Shown here: positions 58,278-64,000 of the stretch, piece after piece | Numbering within the stretch: the first letter of the stretch is position 1 | Layout of the letters: every line of letters starts with the position of its first letter | Assembly (NCBI GenBank): GCA_038237845.1 | Contig: JBBRYH010000010.1 | Location: 25,692-89,691, forward strand | DNA: 64,000 bases | Source: Bacteroidia bacterium | Lineage (GTDB): Bacteria; Bacteroidota; Bacteroidia; Palsa-965 | Direction: 5' to 3' | Made by a program: the position numbers and the translations under genes | Notes under the pieces: model-generated | What the model was told of the DNA's origin: nothing | Seen by the model: only the letters and a program-made list of their open reading frames with translations | Databases searched by the model: none

Positions 58278-59954
58278 TTCGGTGAAAGTGAATTTGCTTT
58301 GCGCTTACCGAATGTTTTGGCAAGTGGTATTTATTTTTATGCCTCCGCCGCTTTAGCAGAAAAACTGACCAAGAAGAAATGGCAGGTCATGATTATTTTT
58401 CTCTTATTGAGTTTGAATCCTTATGTGCTTGATTTTTTCAGCCTCGCACGGGGATATGGTATTTCTATTGCGATGATGATGCTCGGCATTTTACAAATTA
58501 CAAAGTACATTCTAGGGAATCACGAAATCAAAAATGGAATGTATGCGCAACTCTTTTTTTCTGCCGCCGTCTTCGCAAACCTGACGATGATTCATGTTTT
58601 GCTGGCATTCTCATTCTTATTGGTGATCAATCGTTTTGTTTTTCATCGTAATAACAAAATGCTACGTGCAGGACTCCTTTTTTCTGCAATTCCATTGAGC
58701 ACCCTGCTCATTTTGATTCCTTACCTGAATCATATGAAAGCTGCCGGAGCATTTTTTTATGGAGAAGAAGCAAAATCATTAGCCGATACTTTTTTATCGC
58801 TGTCGAAAGCAATGTCGTATGACCGCTTCTATGACAAACAGCTAACCCCTCTGCTAACGATTTTGTTTTCGGCTATTCCTCTCATTTCAGTGACTTATGC
58901 CATGCGTAATGTAAGTACGGTAATGAAAAGCGGGCAGGGGAGATGGTTGGTGTTTATTACGTCGGCCTTGTTTTTTACCATCGCCGGACCGATGTTACAG
59001 CATCTGCTTTTCAAAACAAATTTTCTTTCCGGAAGAACAGCTTTGTTTTATATTCCGTTGATCGGATTGAATTTGATCGGATTGATGATTTTATCTCCCA
59101 TGAAATTGAAAAATGGCTTGTTGATGCTCACGGGATTATTTTCTATCATTCACTTTTCTTTTTCGAATAATTACTACTTCAGTTATGATTGGAAAGAACA
59201 GGCTGATGTGAAACAAGCTATGATTGATTTGAAAAAGGAAAATATCCGTTTGACGGACAACTGCTTCGCGAATATCCTTTCAACAGATTTACCTTTCGAA
59301 AAACAAATTAATTATTATCGGATGAGATTGAATCTGGCCAATTTCTCTCATGCTGCTAGGAGAGAAGAAGTGGCTGCCTGTAGTAGTTATTATCTGGACG
59401 TCGACGGACATGACAGAGTGAAGGCCGCAAATAAAAGTCGGTACTTAAAAAACATTCACGACTATTCTGTGAGTGGGACATGGCTGTTTAATTTTCCTGT
59501 ATTGAAAAGTTCTCCGACATTGAACCTTGTCACCGAAGTCTGGCAGGATTTCGAACACGAAGATCCTTATCTCGAATTAAAAACAGACACGATTTATTTT
59601 GGTAATAAAGGAACATATGCGAATAACATTCATCCATTCAGTATTGGTGTTCCGCTCAATATTCCGGATTCCGTAACAGGAAATTTGGTGGCGACAGTTA
59701 ATTGCCGATTGTATTATTACACAAGAAATACATCTGCATTGCTAGTTTTCGGGTTTGACAATGGGAATGCTGAAACTTGGGAGGCCATGCACATTACGGA
59801 ATTGCCTGAAGGACCAAAAACCTGGAGTATTACTTCATGGACCAGACCTGTTCCTTCTGGCACTAAGAAGATCAGAGTTTACCTATGGAATACAGACAAA
59901 ACTCTGGTGTTAATGGATAATGTAGCCTTACGATTGCTTGTAGATGCAAATTGA
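58278..59954 (+). pseudogene. 5'-truncated, AT-rich paralog of GT-C gene 54055-56016. Homology begins at FGESEFALRLPNV; the N-terminal ~100 aa including the DE-motif loop are absent.
   Basis: Alignment with paralog A. Upstream sequence is the antisense of the CTD remnant. The only in-frame start is a TTG at 58299. Confidence 0.5.
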
Positions 59955-60013
59955 AAATATTTGAGGCAATTTCCCCCTCTCAAAATCGTATATTTGCTCA
60001 ATATTATTATCCA

Positions 60014-60742
60014 ATGAAAAAACTCTCCATCGTAATACCGGCCTACAATGAAGCCAGGACAATCCATCTTATCCTCAACAAAGTACTCGCAGTGGAATTA
60101 CTCGGCGGTTTTGAAAAGGAAATTATGATCGTCAATGATTTTTCATCGGATGCTACGAAAGAAGTAATTGAAAAATATATTGCGGAACATCCTGCTGCGA
60201 ATATTCGTTTGTTCAATCAGCCGAAGAACATGGGTAAAGGCGCTGCACTTCACAAAGGAATTGAAATTGCAAGTGGCGATTATATTGTTATTCAGGATGC
60301 CGATCTCGAATATGATCCGGAAGAATTTAATGTCCTGCTTAAGCCGGTTCTTTCAGGATTTGCTGATGTTGTTTTCGGTTCTCGTTTTATGGGCGGAAAA
60401 CCGCATCGCATTTTATTTTTCTGGCATACCATTGGAAATAAATTCCTCACCAAACTTTCCAACATGTTTACCAATCTGAATCTTTCAGATATGGAAACCT
60501 GTTACAAATTGTTCGATGCAAAAATGGTTCAATCACTTTTGCTGAAAGAAAATCGTTTCGGATTTGAACCAGAAGTCACTGCAAAAATTTCAAGAATAAA
60601 AGATGTCCGCATTTACGAAGTAGGAATTTCATACTACGGTCGTACCTATGAAGAAGGAAAAAAAATCGGATGGAAAGATGGCTTCCGCGCGATCTGGTGC
60701 ATTTTACGTTACAATCTTTTTGACACCCGCCACCTGAAATAA
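60014..60742 (+). CDS. GT2 polyprenol-phosphate sugar synthase (DPM1/ArnC/GtrB-like)
   Basis: [44 protein letters not shown] (DxD). Confidence 0.85.
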   Translation: MKKLSIVIPAYNEARTIHLILNKVLAVELLGGFEKEIMIVNDFSSDATKEVIEKYIAEHPAANIRLFNQPKNMGKGAALHKGIEIASGDYIVIQDADLEYDPEEFNVLLKPVLSGFADVVFGSRFMGGKPHRILFFWHTIGNKFLTKLSNMFTNLNLSDMETCYKLFDAKMVQSLLLKENRFGFEPEVTAKISRIKDVRIYEVGISYYGRTYEEGKKIGWKDGFRAIWCILRYNLFDTRHLK

Positions 60743-60746
60743 GGGG

Positions 60747-63065
60747 ATGAATTTCAAACACACATTTGTAAGAGTTTTCAGCGACAAAGGATTGTTGCTC
60801 ACACTCTTTTTGAGTTTACTCATGATGTTATTGTTTTATGGAAAACTCTTATTGCATCCGGGTCATACTTATTTTGGAGCGCAAGGCGATGGCATGCAAA
60901 TTTATTACGAGACACTTTTTCATATTAAATTTGATACGGCTTGGTGGTCACAAAACAGTGTAAATTATCCTTACGGTGAAAGTATTTTCTTTACCGGCGC
61001 AATGCCTTTCGTAAATAACCTGGCAAAACTTTTCGGAACTTCAGCCGGCCCACTTGGTGTAGCAATCATTAATTTGATGATGATTTTTTCGCCGGTGATT
61101 GGGGCGCTTTTTATTTACGCCATCTTTCGTCATTTGCGTTTGCCTTGGCATTATGGCGGAGTGTGTGCTACTTTCATCGCTTATCTTTCTCCGCAATTGT
61201 TGCGGATGTATGGACACTATTCTTTGCAATGGGTTTTTCTCATTCCTGCAATGTTTTATTTATTACTTCGGTTTTATGATCAGCCGAGTGTACTAAAAAG
61301 TTTTACAATTGCATTTCTTGTTTTTTTAGGCGCTTCTACACATTTATATTTTCTGGCATTCTTTGGCGCAATCGGCGGAGCTTATTGGGCGATTTTGTTT
61401 TTAACCCGAGACAGAGGCTTTGGAAGATTTACTTATGTACTCAAACATGCAGGAATTCAATTTGTCTTGCCAGTTCTGATCCTGCAAACTTTAGTAATTA
61501 TGTCGGACCATGTTGCAGACAGAACCATCGCTCCTTGGGGATTCCTTTTTTATCATTCTAATTTTAGCGGCGTATTTTTCCCTTCAGGAAAAATATATGA
61601 AGAATTTTTTAGATTATTCAGCACTCCTGAGAATGTCGATTTAGAAGGAATTGCTTATGTAGGAATTGCCGCAATTATTGGATTCATTACCATTATTATT
61701 ATCCAACTAGTCCGCTTGTTCCGTGGGCGTGTTAAACTCTTTTTAGAAGTAAGCGATAATAAAGTTCTCAATATATTTTTCTGGACTTCACTTGTTATGT
61801 TATGGTTTTCATTTGGACATCCGTTCGTTGGATCGCATGAGGACTGGTTGCCTTATCTTGGTCCGATACGACAGTTTCGTTCTGTTGGTCGCTTTACTTG
61901 GGTCTTTTTTTATATCATAAATATTATTGCAGTATATCGATTGTATAAAATTGTACAGCAACGAAAGGTAATTTCTTATGCAATTATGTTACTAATATCT
62001 TCTCTTCTTTTTATTGATGCTTATTCACTTAATAAAGAAATGCAGGATAAATTCAATAATCATATTTCTGCTTTGGATGATGAAATGAATTTGTTGCCTG
62101 AAAATGCTTGGATGAAAAATTTCAATGCTAAAGAGTATCAAGCCATTTTACCTTTGCCATACTTTCATATTGGTTCAGAAAATCTCTGTCGCCCTTCTCC
62201 GGATGCGAAAATTGTTCAATGGAGTTATGTCGTCTCATTAAAAACAGGACTTCCTTTAATGGGAGTTGCTTCTGCTAGAGTTTCATTGGGACAAACAGCC
62301 AATATGGTGCCACTAGTTTTGGATCCGATTTTACCGATACCGGTTTTAAAAGATATTAAAGATACACGTCCATTATTGATTGTAGTAAGAGAAGAATTAT
62401 TGGATGAATTCGAAAGAAAAATACTTTCATTTGCAAAGCCTATTGGTACTTCGACTAATTATAAAATCTATTCCTTAGACCCTGCTGCATTGCGAAGTTT
62501 GCCTGAAATGCGTTACAATGAAATCAAATCGAGTTATGTGGCCTCTAAACATTTCTCATCAGGAGTTTTTTCAACAACGGATTCAGCAGCTTTTTTCATT
62601 TATCATTCTTTTGATCATTCGAAAAATAAAAATGCCTATAGAGGAGATGGAGCATACGAAGGAAAAATAATAGACAACAATGTCATATTTGATAGTACAA
62701 TTTCTATTCCTGGAAATTACGTAGGTTCTTTCTGGTTTAATAATATGGACGGTGATATTTATCCGAGAATGACCATTGAGGTTTTTTCAACTGATCCAAG
62801 TGATAAAGTAAAACCATTTTACTTTTATTCGAATGCAAGTGTGCAAACAAAAGCAATGGATGGACATTGGGGCCTGATAGAATTCCCACTGACTGTAGTG
62901 GCTCCGAATGGACATGTCAAAGTAACCGTGTGGAACCGAGAAATGAAAAAGATAGACGTTTTTCAAATTGATGAATTATTAATTCGCCCTGCAACAACTG
63001 ATTTATATTTACTAATAGGTGATACTATTATCAGAAACACAAGAACATATTTTCCACACAAATGA
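60747..63065 (+). CDS. Large polytopic membrane protein (772 aa) with a periplasmic C-terminal domain. Candidate GT-C glycosyltransferase playing a YfhO/ArnT-like role.
   Basis: N-terminal motif GAQGDGMQIYYETLFHI. About 12 TM helices. Soluble C-terminal half ending ...IDVFQIDELLIRP, like other cluster members. 4-nt gap to the upstream GT2 and ATGA overlap with the downstream GT2. Confidence 0.55.
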   Translation: MNFKHTFVRVFSDKGLLLTLFLSLLMMLLFYGKLLLHPGHTYFGAQGDGMQIYYETLFHIKFDTAWWSQNSVNYPYGESIFFTGAMPFVNNLAKLFGTSAGPLGVAIINLMMIFSPVIGALFIYAIFRHLRLPWHYGGVCATFIAYLSPQLLRMYGHYSLQWVFLIPAMFYLLLRFYDQPSVLKSFTIAFLVFLGASTHLYFLAFFGAIGGAYWAILFLTRDRGFGRFTYVLKHAGIQFVLPVLILQTLVIMSDHVADRTIAPWGFLFYHSNFSGVFFPSGKIYEEFFRLFSTPENVDLEGIAYVGIAAIIGFITIIIIQLVRLFRGRVKLFLEVSDNKVLNIFFWTSLVMLWFSFGHPFVGSHEDWLPYLGPIRQFRSVGRFTWVFFYIINIIAVYRLYKIVQQRKVISYAIMLLISSLLFIDAYSLNKEMQDKFNNHISALDDEMNLLPENAWMKNFNAKEYQAILPLPYFHIGSENLCRPSPDAKIVQWSYVVSLKTGLPLMGVASARVSLGQTANMVPLVLDPILPIPVLKDIKDTRPLLIVVREELLDEFERKILSFAKPIGTSTNYKIYSLDPAALRSLPEMRYNEIKSSYVASKHFSSGVFSTTDSAAFFIYHSFDHSKNKNAYRGDGAYEGKIIDNNVIFDSTISIPGNYVGSFWFNNMDGDIYPRMTIEVFSTDPSDKVKPFYFYSNASVQTKAMDGHWGLIEFPLTVVAPNGHVKVTVWNREMKKIDVFQIDELLIRPATTDLYLLIGDTIIRNTRTYFPHK

Positions 63066-63787
63066 ACCTGAGCATTATTCTTCCTTCTTATAAAAGTGCC
63101 GATATATTGCGTGAGCAATTACCGCCTTTTATGGCTTGGCTGAAAATGAAATCATGGACAACAGAAATAATTATTGTTGATGATGGTTCTGATGATAGTG
63201 GTGCAACTGGAAAAGTTGCGGCAGAAAATGGCTGCATATTTTTTCAACAGGAAGTAAATAAAGGGAAGGGTGCTGCAGTAAGAAGAGGAATGCTTGCCGC
63301 AAAAGGAGAATACAGAATTTTTACAGATGCAGATATTCCTTTTGAGTATGAAGCTATTGAACTATTTTTTCATTATGTAAAAGAAAAGGAATTTGATATT
63401 GCGATTGGTGATCGACGTCTTCCTGAATCAAAATATTTCAGCGAAATAAAAGGTGCGAGAAAAATGGGAAGTAATATTTTTACATTTTTTGTTGGACGAT
63501 TTATAACTACCGGATTTTCGGATACACAGTGCGGCATCAAAGCATTCAAAGGAAAAGTTGCAGACGATTTGTTTTCAGTTGCAACTGTAGATGGATTTGC
63601 ATTTGATGTGGAACTACTTTACATCGCCCTTAAAAGAAACTACGACATCAAACGTCTACCCGTTCATTTCCGAAGCTCTCACGACGGCTCCTCTGTAAGT
63701 TTATTGAAACACGCTCCTGGAATGCTCATGGATCTTTTTCAAGTGAAATTGAATCATATACGAGGGAGATACTTGAAAAAAAATTAA
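63062..63787 (+). CDS. GT2 polyprenol-phosphate sugar synthase (DPM1/Alg5-like), second copy
   Basis: LSIILPSYKSADIL, IIIVDDGSDDSG, NKGKGAAVRRG, FTDADIPFE. Confidence 0.85.
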   Translation: MNLSIILPSYKSADILREQLPPFMAWLKMKSWTTEIIIVDDGSDDSGATGKVAAENGCIFFQQEVNKGKGAAVRRGMLAAKGEYRIFTDADIPFEYEAIELFFHYVKEKEFDIAIGDRRLPESKYFSEIKGARKMGSNIFTFFVGRFITTGFSDTQCGIKAFKGKVADDLFSVATVDGFAFDVELLYIALKRNYDIKRLPVHFRSSHDGSSVSLLKHAPGMLMDLFQVKLNHIRGRYLKKN

Positions 63788-63873
63788 ATTTTGAGTTCTG
63801 AATTTTGAATCAATCAAGATATTTCGAATAATTAAAATTAGCATTACCTTCACCTTCAATTCAAAATTATTTC

Positions 63874-64000
63874 ATGAACAGAGACATCACCAACGTAATA
63901 CGCTATTTCATGGATGAGTGGATTCCACCCGTTATCCGTGATAGTCGCTGGTTTATGTATCCGTTTTTTATGTTTGCCTATCGCGGAAAAAATATCCGTG
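63874..64000 (+). CDS. Partial CDS at the window end (N-terminus MNRDITNVIRYFMDEWIPPVIRDSRWFMYPFFMFAY), probably another membrane component of the glycosylation cluster
   Basis: Open frame from the ATG at 63874 to the window end. Confidence 0.35.
   Translation, partial: MNRDITNVIRYFMDEWIPPVIRDSRWFMYPFFMFAYRGKNIR

Noticed and set aside
1-64000. CRISPR arrays, rRNA genes, integrase or transposase genes
   Set aside because: No short direct-repeat/spacer periodicity, no rRNA-like stretches, no recognisable recombinase ORFs were seen.

Overview
Low-GC chromosomal segment from a Bacteroidota bacterium, probably a Flavobacteriia- or Sphingobacteriia-like glider. The evidence is the gliding lipoprotein gene gldH, a SprB-repeat adhesin with a PorP/SprF partner, five T9SS cargo proteins with type A or type B C-terminal sorting domains, and a type-2 IleRS. 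Housekeeping genes (asd, lspA, ileS, pyk, pheS, pgk, holB, a ricT/PSP1-like gene, mrcA/PBP1A, scoA/scoB, cvpA, a cyclophilin, RidA, tRNA-Ala) are interleaved with accessory content. Main accessory features: (i) a 3' cluster (54-64 kb) of ArnT/PMT-like GT-C membrane proteins paired with DPM1/ArnC-like GT2 polyprenol-phosphate sugar synthases. It contains a GC-rich intact paralog, a 5'-truncated AT-rich paralog, a homopolymer frameshift and an orphan T9SS CTD remnant. (ii) An MBOAT + two SGNH (one with LysM) O-acetylation operon. (iii) Two histone-H1-like Lys/Ala-repeat proteins between ileS and lspA, one fused to a DksA/TraR domain. (iv) An SdpR/SdpI-like autorepressor and immunity-protein pair with a perfect palindromic operator. 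(v) A recurring ~30-nt GC-rich element (AATCAMYTCCGCCYARGCRG...) that sits 13-24 nt upstream of three start codons and flanks a four-helix-bundle gene as inverted copies, plus a perfect 16-bp palindrome of the same core. (vi) Several gene-decay scars: an in-frame amber stop in an ArnT-like gene, an ahpC C-terminal remnant, and a frameshifted GT-C-like gene. No CRISPR array, rRNA or recognisable defence island was seen. All calls rest on reading the sequence and ORF translations by eye; no searches were run.
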